Assembly: GCF_964355755.1 (NCBI RefSeq)
Contig: NC_092670.1
Coordinates: 23,484,795-23,548,794 of the forward strand
From: Antedon mediterranea
Taxonomy: Eukaryota > Animalia > Echinodermata
Direction: 5' to 3'
DNA: 64,000 bases
The notes under the pieces are model-generated. The model ran no database searches. It was not told the origin of the DNA and saw nothing but the letters and a program-made list of their open reading frames with translations. Positions 35,501 through 45,280 of the stretch are shown here, in pieces (position 1 is the first letter of the stretch; each line of letters opens with the position of its first letter). Made by a program: the position numbers and the translations under genes.

Positions 35501-35786
35501 TCTATGTAATATCTAATACGTGGATCAGGAAATCTAGAAAAAAAATAATGTGGTCTTTTACCATAATAGTCAGACAATTTTACTGGCCAATCAAATTTAA
35601 ATATTGTTTTTGGAATTGAAATTTCTTTCAGAGCGACTGGTCAAGTTGATGGATTACCATGAGGGCAGTTTCCAAGATTTCATTGGACACAACGATGCTG
35701 TTCAACTTGTTGCTTTCACCCCTTCTGGCAAGCTTCTATTCTCCGTTGCTTTTAATGAAATATTTGTTTGGGAAGTAAAAGTATGA
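5551..35786 (+). CDS. WDR90: WD repeat-containing protein 90 (POC16 homolog; CFAP20/DUF667 domain plus multiple WD40 propellers), 38 coding exons
   Basis: N-terminus MSKIWQHPFVNIFKH..DKTLKCTVYRITGSIPAGNYIQLP..SLGLTGRYLYLLFRP..VRISFSNLFKEFKSSSTWLQLP resembles WDR90 as recalled (MARAWQHPFLNVF..); later LKPDPILALRRIVGFGG, FCATGSDDGMLRLWPLD, VIGYNGNGRGNMVW, C-terminus FNEIFVWEVKV*. Exons (GT-AG, phases consistent): 5551-5560, 7848-7939, 8405-8720, 9209-9503, 9917-10055, 10491-10709, 13563-13619, 13804-13872, 14056-14166, 14663-14808, 15179-15236, 22860-22978, 23695-23856, 24212-24333, 24577-24693, 25032-25267, 25769-25908, 26362-26623, 26847-27014, 27620-27748, 28484-28614, 28707-28753, 29064-29201, 29482-29570, 29796-30032, 30189-30366, 30568-30771, 31130-31371, 32177-32321, 32415-32538, 33415-33592, 33746-33865, 33991-34174, 34324-34454, 34567-34743, 35060-35182, 35401-35485, 35632-35786. 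The 10-nt first exon (ATGTCGAAAA|gtatgt, phase 1) is the least certain. Confidence 0.93.
5590..5950. repeat. CTAG/TAGGCCTA-rich low-complexity tract at the start of WDR90 intron 1
   Basis: Dense ctag, gctagc, cctagg and taggccta words directly after the exon 1 donor; similar patches at 6365-6540 and 7640-7780. Confidence 0.7.
6086..6881. mobile_element. Non-autonomous DNA transposon (MITE), TGT...ACA termini, 4-bp TSD (Ginger-like)
   Basis: About 45-bp perfect TIR tgttatgcgcgatttgaacgatttgcgcaatttgaaattgcgcaa; TACC at 6082-6085 and 6882-6885; subterminal arrays of about 20 TTGCGCAA palindromes. Superfamily inferred from termini and TSD only. Confidence 0.85.
6905..7020 (+). mobile_element. 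SINE fragment (B-box-like ggttcga followed by a ggactataaac..gtaggtcc..tgtacac body)
   Basis: Related sequence in the opposite orientation at about 27195-27288 (gtgcacatgagctggatgtgtacactgtacctaca). Confidence 0.4.
7045..7461. mobile_element. Kolobok-like MITE
   Basis: 17-bp perfect TIR agatgtattgtcccttt / aaagggacaatacatct with TTAA on both sides (7041-7044, 7462-7465); purine-purine termini plus TTAA TSD are typical of Kolobok. Confidence 0.8.
10679..13114 (+). repeat. 48-bp minisatellite (51 units) spanning the WDR90 exon 6 / intron 6 junction
   Basis: Unit tt(a/g)cataggcatgatgctg(t/c)atcaggatt(g/a)GTGAGTacattatctcat = LHRHDAVSGLVSTLSH. First donor at 10710, last at 13108 (50x48 minus 2); 1-bp deletions near 11162 and 12745. 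Confidence 0.97.
14927..15080. mobile_element. About 150-bp PIF/Harbinger (Tourist)-like MITE, copy 1
   Basis: TIR core ctgtctacactat(g/c)aaac / gtttgatagtgtagacag; TTA on both flanks; second copy at 22005-22155. Confidence 0.7.
15885..17583 (-). mobile_element. 5'-truncated non-LTR retrotransposon (CR1/L2 group, Crack-like) with RT domain, C-terminus and 3' UTR
   Basis: ORF 16079-17494 (471 aa, open upstream to about 17583: ..SPGHDGISAQLIK..) has YRPISILP, QYGFR, FLDLSKAFDTIDH, GVPQGSILGPLLFLIFINDI and YADDT; no endonuclease domain; 3' end has AATAAA followed by gaattgaattg (minus strand). Confidence 0.93.
17663..18351. mobile_element. Tc1/mariner (Tc2/pogo-like) MITE
   Basis: TIR ccgtcctgacgcgggtataagccca vs tgggcttatacccacgtcagtacgg; TA on both sides; internal repeats of ctcgggtataagcccaccc; no transposase ORF. 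Confidence 0.85.
18722..18790. repeat. About 70-bp near-perfect palindrome
   Basis: ttgttttatataacatccaaatagattcctgtca|tgacaggaatttatttaggtgttatataatacaa, centred on TCATGA. Confidence 0.75.
19030..19117 (+). other. Putative non-coding 5' UTR exon of the nested TRIM gene
   Basis: Strong donor AAAAG|gtaaga at 19118 and acceptor ttgtcatttcag at 19493, 8 nt before the TRIM ATG. The exon start is a guess. Confidence 0.5.
19502..21637 (+). CDS. TRIM-NHL E3 ubiquitin ligase (RING, two B-boxes, coiled coil, filamin-like, NHL; TRIM2/3/56/71-like), single coding exon, nested in WDR90 intron 11
   Basis: 711-aa ORF: C3HC4 RING (CSIC..CLHSFCLAC..CPIC), B-box1 (YYCKECRHYLCSMCRKHH), B-box2 (CSTH..LYCTKCKVPICWKCAIVDH), K/E-rich coiled coil, filamin-type end (LNVYFNGKPIRQSP), NHL blades (LTNPRGIHID, HPHGVVVDEDDNIIVS, NNPCQLCI); AATAAA near 21788. 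Confidence 0.93.
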   Translation: MATGRDLSLLENIDEKLLECSICSATLRNPRSLACLHSFCLACLENWLKSNHGKLSCPICRKLHPIPDGGLEKLPPNTFVNNLLEITEQFKKKEQVKCVCGATEQVTYYCKECRHYLCSMCRKHHKMLPMSAGHTLLAAEEVQSMTPQQFINLHPPSCSTHKKPLELYCTKCKVPICWKCAIVDHAKGAEHEPTDIVSAFKIFKGTADKLKDTANECLEKLENRIRVVKKNSMKLEESKNASLKSINEQFEEMVKIMKEKTDKLKKKVEEKYTNEKKINDMQLKELRTITSGLDTNVSFLNQSLKSEPATAMMSSEIALNTLKDHINSSDEIKQYDNEQINFFGNKLTIELLKQCDIGYVTPITADDLILKGPQCVTQEQSIVARIIIPHKIGLSQLKATWTQPTGETTNGFVEEYNNDYVTRGVCKNPGICRLNVYFNGKPIRQSPLTIKIEKKGLVNDFKVHKKPTVVVKCDDDCLLVSFCTNEIHKYKQSGECISKITLPKGVKVYRMYKMKNNNIAFSDKSCIKVCDMNGHVIKSIGEGVLTNPRGIHIDEATNVIYVTERNTECVCMFDINSGKELMRIRSQREGRIIYPDVTLTKSGKVLVADYGNDQIVSYDNEDKSFKVLVNKGEKDGMVMHPHGVVVDEDDNIIVSSHHKLQLFSSDGHFIKRIDQEEDGINNPCQLCIISYHPRRISVANYNGSNIKIFNY
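22005..22155. mobile_element. About 150-bp PIF/Harbinger-like MITE, copy 2
   Basis: gctctgtctatgctatcaaac...gtttgatagtgtagacagagc; body clearly homologous to 14927-15080. Confidence 0.7.
23020..23338 (-). mobile_element. LINE 3'-end fragment (CR1/L2 group)
   Basis: Minus strand reads FRDSFLYKAPSLLNALPIEIQNSTSFDIFKVRLKKYLTL*, a typical CR1/L2 ORF2 C-terminus, followed by a T-rich UTR and AATAAA-rich tail. Confidence 0.65.
23341..23525 (+). repeat. Interspersed repeat, copy 1 (unclassified)
   Basis: gataatta..cctgtggaaa..tttaaccgatt..ctcattcaaatcagata..tttaac.tttgac; homologous to 27304-27500. Confidence 0.6.
25480..25633. mobile_element. Degenerate hairpin MITE (Harbinger-like)
   Basis: agcttggttcccacttggacgcaa..aaggacgtaa vs ttacgtcctt..ttgcgtcctaatgggaacggagct; imperfect inverted symmetry across most of the element. 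Confidence 0.6.
27304..27500 (+). repeat. Interspersed repeat, copy 2 (unclassified)
   Basis: Homologous to 23341-23525. Confidence 0.6.
27768..28360 (+). repeat. Compound minisatellite (21-26-bp units attcttgatgatggcatacagtaata / attcttgatgatgtcataatc)
   Basis: About 25 interleaved variants in WDR90 intron 20. Confidence 0.9.
31420..32140 (+). repeat. Degenerate 20-30-bp minisatellite (ttcctctgattggtc.aatat) interrupted by a SINE
   Basis: About 10 units at 31420-31706 and further units at 32050-32140. Confidence 0.75.
31707..32047 (+). mobile_element. 5S rRNA-derived SINE (SINE3-type): 5S head, unique body, LINE-like tail, poly(A)
   Basis: 31706-31818 aligns by eye with 5S rRNA (tacggc..accacgttga..ctcgtcagatcaccgaagttaagc..gggcctggttag..cttggatgggagacc..ctgggaata..gggtgctgta); no oligo-T terminator; about 170-nt body, tail, AATAAA plus A-run; TSD AATAT (31702-31706, 32048-32052). 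Confidence 0.85.
32661..33355 (-). mobile_element. 5'-truncated CR1-group LINE 3' fragment
   Basis: ORF 32834-33355 reads HVNYVVSKANRMLGLLWRN..LYRSVVRPHLEYCSVIF..SLENRRVVFDMVFLY, the RT C-terminal region of CR1-like elements; A-rich tail; possible imperfect TSD tatgagt/tatgggt. Confidence 0.85.
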
Positions 35787-36070
35787 TGTATCCTTCTTGG
35801 AAAGGTTTTATAATTTTATGAATTCCACAAATATTTATTGTTAAATTTTAACAATTATCAACTTTATAGACTTTAAACTTAAATGATGCACCACTTTAGA
35901 ATATGAAGCTATAGAATTATTATTTATTTATTAACTTTAGAGATGTCAAAATGTACAGTTTTTTTTATTACAAGAACTTATATTAAGTGGGTCCCATCTG
36001 TAAATGGAATCTAAAAAATGGCATTTGGATATTTTCCCCAACTAGCACAATTTCTCAATTTTTAATACTT

Positions 36071-36282
36071 CAATAAACAGTTATATATGCAATAAACTAA
36101 ATACAGTCATTATAAACACAAACACAATCCCAAAAATAACAAATGAGTCACAGTTTTGCTTAATTCCCACCGTTTTTTCCCTTTTCTATGCAAATTATGT
36201 ACATATGTATTTATACTACCAACATTATATTGTATTAAAAAATACAGTATATTGCAGTGATTTATATATTTTGAAAATAAAT
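36071..36282 (+). terminator. Candidate WDR90 polyadenylation signals
   Basis: AATAAA near 36072, 36091 and 36276, the last followed by GT-rich sequence; 290-490 nt after the stop codon. Confidence 0.45.
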
Positions 36283-36649
36283 GTTTATGTGTGTAGATTG
36301 TTTGTAGATATTTTAGATTATTTGTGAATTGATTTTTAACGTTTTGAATTTAATACACACTATGTTCAAATATTTATAAAGTACAAAATTAAATTGAGTT
36401 TTTACCCATTTCAGTTGCACTGTGTGTCACATAAAGTATTTGATATTAGTATTTGATGTCTACTGTGTGTGTTTTTATAAAACAGTGTTTAACCAAAGAT
36501 TTGCAACTGCTATTTTGCTCTCTAAGGTATTAATTATAGTAAAGCTTGATTATAGTCCAAAGACCCTGTAACACCACCACCACCGACTTGGACCAAAACA
36601 GGCAGCAGAAACTAAAACGGGTTGTTCCATTTAAAGTATTCATAATGAA

Positions 36650-36931
36650 CTACTGACCAATCAGAAAAAGTTATTATCATTTTTCCCATCAACCACCACC
36701 AGCGATCATCGTGCGACAGATCAGACGACAGCGAAATACAAATTTGAAAGACGATTTTAAGTTTGAACATCAATTGAATTCTAAAATGTCTAATTTTACG
36801 ATAAGATTAAGTGCTTAGCTTTCAACGCATCAGGAATATGACAAGTCTACGAAAAGATGATTAAACTAAAGCTGGTTCTATTACTTTTTATTGCCTAGGC
36901 TAGGCCGTCCTACGTGTGGAATTATATGGAG
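36650..36931 (+). promoter_or_regulatory. Candidate promoter and first exon of a downstream gene
   Basis: CCAAT box (gaccaatcag near 36656), rise in CpG, consensus donor ATGGAG|gtgagt at 36932 followed by TAGGCCTA-rich sequence like WDR90 intron 1. Confidence 0.45.
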
Positions 36932-38780
36932 GTGAGTAGGCCCTATTTTTGTTCGCGTGAGTTTACAGTAGTAGTTTGTAGCGTACTTAGGCCTAGATAA
37001 GCTTAAAGCCTAAACTCAATACCGTACGTATAGCATGAGATTGAGATTGGGCTCTTGATTGGTATTGTTTTAAAGAGTTCGCATTTTATTTTTACTCAAG
37101 TTTTAGTTGCAAAAACTTTCAAATCGCAGCTTGAGCCTAGACTTAGGCCTAGGGTAGGCCTACTGTATTAGCTAAAGCCTAAAGGCTTAGTAAAAGGCTA
37201 AGTAGTGTCGTCTCTGCCGCAAATGTGCGCTGGACTGCAATGTCTACATTGATTCGGTAATGACATTAAATTAGTTTGATATATAATGTAGATTATCAAT
37301 GGTATTTTTAAAATATTAACCCTAAATCAAGTCATCGAATCAAATTGACGTCATTGAAGCAACTAACTGCTTCATCAGGAAGCGTCAGCTGTGTGTGAGG
37401 CCGCATTGTTACCTATCAGTATTTAACTAATCACACTACAGTAGGCCTAGATTATCTTGATTTGAACTCGGCATAGTTATTAAAAAATCGAATGTTTTAA
37501 ATTCCATATCTGCTTTACAACAGAAATTACTTACTGTGTCGTCAATTTAGGTTATCGGTTATCGACGATCCGATGAGAGGAACAATCTTATCAACTTTAT
37601 CGACATTTTTATGTTGATGAGCACTTATCTATTTTGATATCATTTATGATGACTTGGTATTTTTTACCTGTTGTTTATTATAGAAATATAAATTTTCAAA
37701 ATATAGATTCGGTTTTATCATAACGCCAGCCAGTTAGGCTAATTCAGCAATAGAGCTATCCAATTTTTTTATTTTCCTCCATTATTGTAGGCTACTAGGC
37801 CTATACCTCCACTCAAGACAGACTCCATTTACATAATTTTAAAATAAAACAAATATTGTGAAAACATAAAAGCCAGGCATATCTAACGAAGGTTAAATAC
37901 TTATTAGTTCGTTAATTTTTACTCAAGAGGTCTTGATCATTCCAAGGTCAATCAATCACCCCATCATACAACATCCAAACCTGTGATTCGTCGAGTGACA
38001 ATTTTAAAAACTATTTTTCATTTTTGTGTTTACTTTCGTTTTCCTGATCTTGACACCCTTCGTTATTTAATTTCCTCAGCTTTAGTTGCAGGTTTTAGCT
38101 AGCTGTGTCTACCACCACAGAACAGGAAAACCCCCTGTGACAACTTATGTCATCTGATCTGGACAATCCATTGATCCTATCATAATTATGTTCAATTCTA
38201 AAGCCCATTTCTGTTAACATGTTATTCCTTTAAATTACGAATCACATTTTGTTTGGAACCTTGAGCACGATTATATAACAATATTAATTTGAATTGTGTG
38301 TGGTTACACTGAATGTGATAATATTATTATTGACAATTTAATTAGGCTACATATCGTTAGGCCTATCTACCGTAAATAATGTTGAACTACATAAAACAAA
38401 TGACTCCGGAAAAGCATGTTTATACTCTATGTCATTAGGCGTATATCTACAAATAATATTGGTTCCTTCTCAATTAAGTACTTAAGATTGATGCTCTTGG
38501 CTTGTCTTTATTAAAAAGATCAATTTAATTTGGCGCCGTTTTTCTGCTGAGCTCTACGAGCGCCTGGTAATAAATGTCCGTTCATTATTTCCAGCGAGAT
38601 ATGATTGGTGTAGAGATTGTGTTAGGTAAACATTCGGAAACAATTAGGACAAATCCAATTACTTATCTATCAAACAAGTTACAGAAAAAACTGATCACGA
38701 TGAAATGATTAGAGAGAAAAGAAAAGAAATATCTAATGCCGCTATTTATTTATTTGTGTAGAACTTAAGTGCGTTCCCTA

Positions 38781-39196
38781 CACTGTAAAAATGTTTCCAC
38801 ACATTTAGCCTTAAACATGTTTAAATATGAACATGTTTAGGTTCTAAATACATTCTAAACATAGTCTGTATCCAACTCAAAACGTCAATGACATGTTGAT
38901 TGTTAAACATGTGGAGCAATATAAAGACAAGTTTAGGTTTTAAACGTGTTTAATTTGGCACGTGTGGAGCTCATGTGGAGCTTTTTTCCGTCACAGTAAC
39001 CTGCACGCAACGCTACGTACCTAAACATGCTGACGAACATAATAGTAACATGTTGGCTCTAAACGAGTGGAGGAAAACAACATACCTATAAACAAGTTTA
39101 GGTTTAAACACGCTAAACATGTAACTAAGTGTTTAAAATGTGTGGAAAAAGTCGTACAAAATAGATTTTTAAGATCTAAACATTATTTCTAGAGTG
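38781..39196. mobile_element. EnSpm/CACTA-like MITE
   Basis: Termini cactgtaaaaat / atttctagagtg flanked by TA; internal repeats of aaacatgttta / tgtggag. Confidence 0.6.
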
Positions 39197-42100
39197 TACC
39201 CGGCCTATTTAACTGGAGTCCCGGGAGATAATTTCTTAGATCTTCCTTTTCAAAACGCTCAGTGGCTCACATAATAAACTCAGCTTCATATGAAGTGTGC
39301 CGCAGAAAAGCTACGGTCAAATACATATTATTAATGTGCCGATTTCTGATTATACCATAAGGAAAAATCATCATAGACTAAATGCATAATTGGTAATAAA
39401 ATAAATTCTCCCTATTGTACCATATTCCCCTTTTAAATTACTATCTTGCAGAATAAAATTCCTGAAATATTAACAACTAGGGCTAGTTCGTGGTCACGTA
39501 AATGCACTAAATTACAAAATTATGAACAATCCTCTTTTCATTCACTATTTTAATGTAGATTTATGTTACTATATAACTCAGCGTGTTAGATCTATAAACA
39601 CAATTTTATGGCATGCACATTTGGAAGCTTTATATAAACAGAACAGAATAGTTGAGGTAATTTTGTTGAATGATGTGTAGATCCTATTTATTTATATTTC
39701 ACAGAAAATAAGCTTCCTTCATAGCCCGCTTCATAGACCTACATTTGTAGGTGTTATCTAAGACTTGCCCCAAGTCTTCTTCGTTTTTTTTGTCCGTGCA
39801 AGTGTACGTATGACACGCCATGCATGCCAAAATATTTATTGGTTTACCAATATTAGGCCTCATCTCAGAAAGAATTGCGCATAGGGGAGGCAATCAACTT
39901 TAGTTCACTTTAAAATCCTTTAGCCTTAGTGTATAATATTGATTACTCTCTTTTTTCTAGTAATTGCCTTGTATGTTGTTGACATGATTTTAACCAAATT
40001 AATGAATATTATTTGTTTTGCTACGTAATAAAAATAATGTGTTGTCCCCGTCAATATTCAAAAGGAAAATTTGTCTTCGAATTAGTCTTGAACAATGTCA
40101 TCTGTTTTTGTGATAATGACTCGACGGAAGGATGAGCCTTTGGATATTAATATACCATAATTATCTATAGCGTTCACAAATTAATTTCAAGATTATAATC
40201 TACTTATATACGAGTATTTTGAGCAGGTTTTTACCCGAGGATGGCTCTCTTATGACAGTGTATCAGACCATGGAACTCTAGACTTACGGATGTACAAATC
40301 AATTTACCAGATGCTTCTGTTGTAACGTTTGAAATTGAATGATGAAATGCGTAATATTTTAAAAATAAAATTGCATAAGGCCTCATACTGTATCAAACAA
40401 AAAATAAATAATACTTTGATTTTACTATTTTTATAATATACTGTATATCAGTTGTCTTAGTCTGGGTTCAAGTCTTTTCTGACGTCACATATGTTCGTCA
40501 GTCTGAGATAGATATTATGAAATGTTAGTTTGAGCAGGTTTGAGTGTGGAATATAATAGACCTCTTCTACCTACCCGTAGGTCTCATAAAATCGTATTCT
40601 TTAGATGTTAAAAACGTACGTTAGAAGTGAGAATGTAGGATATGGTGTTGCGTAACCTTTCTATCAAGTTACCATTAAAAAACTTAAACTAGGACAGCAT
40701 AGCGAGTAAGCAAGTGACTGTGTAATAAAATAAATGAATAACCTACTTTTAGTTTTAAAGAAGTAACTGATGGATATGTGATAACATTCCCGCATGACGT
40801 CACACGCATGTAATTGCGTTAAAAGGTGACATGCTAATGATATTTAATGACCTGAAAAGTGCTGAGATTATAAGATATATCAAATTTACATATCAATTAT
40901 ACAGTTATATAATTTATGTAATTTATCCATTATTAGTGTAATTTTTTCAGTCATGTACCAATTTTCTTACGTCATTTATCGTCGTTAGAGTTACTGTATT
41001 GCGTAAAAGTGTGAAGGTCATCAAGGTCAAAGCTACAGGAAATAGCTTGATTAATTATATTATGCATGAGATGATCAGTGAGCTAATTTGATTTCTACAT
41101 CCTATTAAGGATTGTTTGAGGAAAGTATCATCTTAGCACGCTAATTTGAAAACAATAATGTGCGTTTGGCTCTCTACTGTGTCACTGTATTGTCTCTGCA
41201 AACTAGGAAACAGCACAGGGTTGGTTATAATTCAATTAGGCCTCCCGAAGTTCAGTGAAATATACCATGGATATATAGACCTATGCCTATAGATACCCGT
41301 ATCAACATCCGGATGTTTCCATATTCTTTTTATTTCAATTATTTGATTGATTTAAGATCTATTTTATCAAACAGGATGCGTTATTATAAAATATTATGTT
41401 TTTATTTGAATGATTTATGGTGTTGTTATATTTTGATAAATGTTCACTAGGCACTGGGTATTGGTATATGCTCACGCATGCCGATTTAAAAAAAAACGAC
41501 GTGATAGTACTGAGGTTAGTAAGCTCTAGTTTTCCTTCGCATGTAATTCTCATGCCATCCTCTGCCGGCCATAGGCGTTATTCCTATTCATATAAACGCA
41601 CGTACGTGCACATCTTTCAGAGAAAACAAACATTATAGAAATAGACAATATATTATCTTCCAATGCAATAGCTTGTAGCGTACCGTACGTCAGCCCGTTT
41701 TGTATAATTAATTAATATATGTGTGTTGGCTTCAAACAATTTATGCAATCTTAAACTTTCTTTTACAAAATGTGTGTACATGCCATAATCTCCTCCTCAT
41801 ACGACCATTTCGGTTAAATATCGATGCCTGTTAGCTGCATGAAATTTTCGAGACAGTACTTCTTTATATGAATGTGAAGAAATGAATTTTAAAGAAAATT
41901 CAATGGAATCCTTGCACTTAACGTTTTGACAAAACTAGTGTTATAATTTAAATATAACGTCTGACTCATTATAAAAGTAATTCATAAATTCATACGGGCC
42001 ACTTAATCAGGAAAATCTCCCAACAGCTAGCTATAATATCGATTACAAGCAGGTACTACGCTTCAAATAACGCATTAATAATAAGTATATTCTGAAAATA

Positions 42101-42499
42101 AAAAAAGGAGAGCCAATATTTACATTATTATAACTTAACCTAATTTTAGGCAGACAGGTGAGGATATTAACTACTGTATTTGGTGGTTCTAAAAATACTA
42201 AATTTAAGGACATAAAAATAAGTCATTGAAGTAAAACACATTTTTAAGCGACAGTTGCGTGAACCAGAAGTTAGCTTCGTCCAATTATGGCGAACTGCCA
42301 GAAGCAACTTAAAGAACAAGCGATGACCTTGGGATTATAAACTCGAAATCACCACCGAAAGAGTGTTTGTGACAAGAAAACGAAACAACTAGCTGCAGAC
42401 GTGAGATTTATGCATGAACTGCTATACTGGATGAAACACAAGCACGATTTCATATCATTACTTTTACCATACGCCTGATATTTCCAATACACGCATATT

Positions 42500-43402
42500 A
42501 TTAATCCCGTTTACGATATTTCTACTGATTGGTCTGGGCTAAAGCGAGTGTAAAAACAGGTTCATAACGTGATCGTTATGCATTAAGTCCGCTTCTCTTT
42601 TCAGTCCGTTTTCCTATTCACATTTCACAAGGGAGCTTACAAAAGCGTCGATTTTGTATTGACAACCGGTACACATTACTATGGTGTTATTTATACACGG
42701 AAGTATAACGAGTGAGTGTATACAAAATGCAGTATTCTGCAAACTGCTGAGCCGCTAACGTGTAATTGAGTATTTGTTAGATTGATAGGTACTGCTGCTG
42801 AACCAATCAGATGCAAGGGTCGATAGGTCTGACAGACAGCCGATTCTCATATTTTTCGAAGCGGCTTTGCTTTCGTTGTTTTAGGATCATAACACGGTAG
42901 GCCTGCTTACAGCAAACAGTACAGCCTCTTTCTTTCGCTACACGTCGGATTTCTATCCACTAAAATCGAATGAGACACGTACGAAACCAACCAACATATT
43001 CAACCTATAAGCGATTGTGTTTTCCTTATAAACCGTTTAATACCCGGTTTTGCACACGTACTTATACGGTACACACTTCTCAGTATCCAGGCAGGCAGCT
43101 ATAGAAACATCTAGTTTTTGTGTAACTTACGTAGATATTTTTCATGACAACTGAACAACTGTAGTCTGCATTAAAGTGAGAACCAGGGGAAAATAGTTTT
43201 AATGTGTAAACAAGTCGTATTTTTTGGTCAGATTTGAATCAAGTTAGGCCTACTACTATACCACGCGACCATTACAGTCACCGTTGCTGACGGTGTTCAA
43301 GACCGCTGACTGAAAAAATTCCCACGTCTCACCAGACAGACTAGCAGGCTACGGTTAAACTTAGTCGGCAACATTGGATTTATAAGGATATATTCAAAAT
43401 AG
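42500..43402 (+). promoter_or_regulatory. Second candidate promoter and non-coding 5' exon
   Basis: CCAAT boxes (ctgattggtc near 42525, gaaccaatcag near 42800), CpG-rich tract, consensus donor AATAG|gtgagt at 43403. Confidence 0.45.
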
Positions 43403-45094
43403 GTGAGTAAAATAACATACTGTATATTCTGTGTTGTATTAAATAAACTGTAAATTGTTTTATTTTTTATTTGAATTTAAAAATGGTTAAATATTATATT
43501 ACTTCACACGTACTTAGGCCTATTAATATTAGTTCATCATGTTGTAAACCGCATGACTCTTAAGTTGATTAAATTTTAATTTTACAATCATTGACAATAT
43601 AAATGATATATAACCTAAAGAAATCGATTCGTATCATTATGCATGTATTTGAGGAATGTAAGAAAGAAGAGTAATACTGATGTATAGTATAAGTTCAAAA
43701 TATATGAGTACCGTATACGCGCGATATTGGAAGATGTAAAACACTTTTAAAATTATAGGCCTATTGAATTTAAATAGTTACTTAAATATGCTGATTTTAT
43801 GTTATTATGTGCGGTTTAGACAGGCCGGTTTGAACTGTGTCTAGTATTAGCCTTTAGAATTTAGGCCTAAGTAACAGAGTATGCCTATGAATTATGCCTT
43901 CTAGAAACAACCGCATAGGTGGTGGTGGTAATAAGCGAGATATATCCTGCACAACAAATGTATAGAGAGTAGTAATACCGTATTTACCTCTATAAATGTT
44001 GATTTAATTTGTATATATTTCCACAATTTATACTGAAACTCTGATATTTGTAAATAATTGTATACATAACATTTCCGCTGTGCTGCAGAAACATGTTGAG
44101 ATTAGCTAGTCAATATATTCACTGTTAGGCCTGCATTATTAATAGTCAAAAGGAAAGACGTAAGCCAATCCCCGACTGAGTGCTTTACGGACAGCTTGTT
44201 GTTTTCCTAGACGCATAGCATGGCGTTATTAGTAGACCTGCTTGGCCTAGCCTTGAATTGTATTTTCTAATTATTATCGCCTGCATTGTATTATTAAATC
44301 ATTTGAATTCTAGTCGGTTAGATTTTCGATACTCGAATAATAAGACAGCGATAGCTTTACTTTAGTGTTACACAGCGTAATTTAAAATCTGTTAAATTTG
44401 GTTGTTATACTGTAGGCCATTGAAAACATTAAATAGACCATGAAATAAAAAATATGATATGCAATTGTGCAACAGAAATAAATTATTTAAAAACATATTT
44501 TAAAGATTGTACACAGATTTTTAAAATAGTCTATACAGTACTAATAGCCCATTGTACGTGGAAGAAGATTGTAAATTACAAAATAAACGTACAACCAGAA
44601 AAAAAAAACAGGAACCAGAAAGATGGGTGTATTCTCCCACAAAAGATAAGAAGAAGTAGAAAAAAAATAATGTGTTGATGAGAATTTAAAATTTATAAAT
44701 ATTGTAACGTACATTATAGTAAAACAATATGTATTAAAATACTGTATGTTTTCGGTAATATTTATGAGTTATTTCTATAAAAAACGGAATATTTCCTTCA
44801 AAGTCAGTTTACCAACTAAATGTTGAATGACGGATATGATGATAATAAGCAAACCTCTCCGTAAAAGCCAAATGGCGAAGCTTGGAGCCAATGCATTAAA
44901 ATGCACAGTGTGAATTGATTGATTGCAAAAACCAGATTTTCATAATGTAGTTTACAATAAAGTACGGTAATTAATATTAAATATTGTACAGAGACCACTG
45001 ATGTACATTTTATTTCCTAAGAATATAATAAACAGCCTGAATAATGTTAAAGCAATAGGCCTACTGAACCACATGTACGTTTAAATAATTTGAC

Positions 45095-45280
45095 ATAATA
45101 TAATACGGAATTTTAACGTGACGTAATATTGAACAACACCATTAAATCATTTAACAAAATATTAATACGGAATTTCAACGTAATAATGGACCACACGTTT
45201 ATAATACGGAATGTTAACGTTTGACCTATAATATTGAACAAATCATTTGAATATTAATATATTAATATAATACGGAAGCG
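45095..45280 (+). repeat. Degenerate short tandem repeat (taatacggaa(t)nttaacgt x4)
   Basis: Copies near 45101, 45163, 45202 and 45268. Confidence 0.6.
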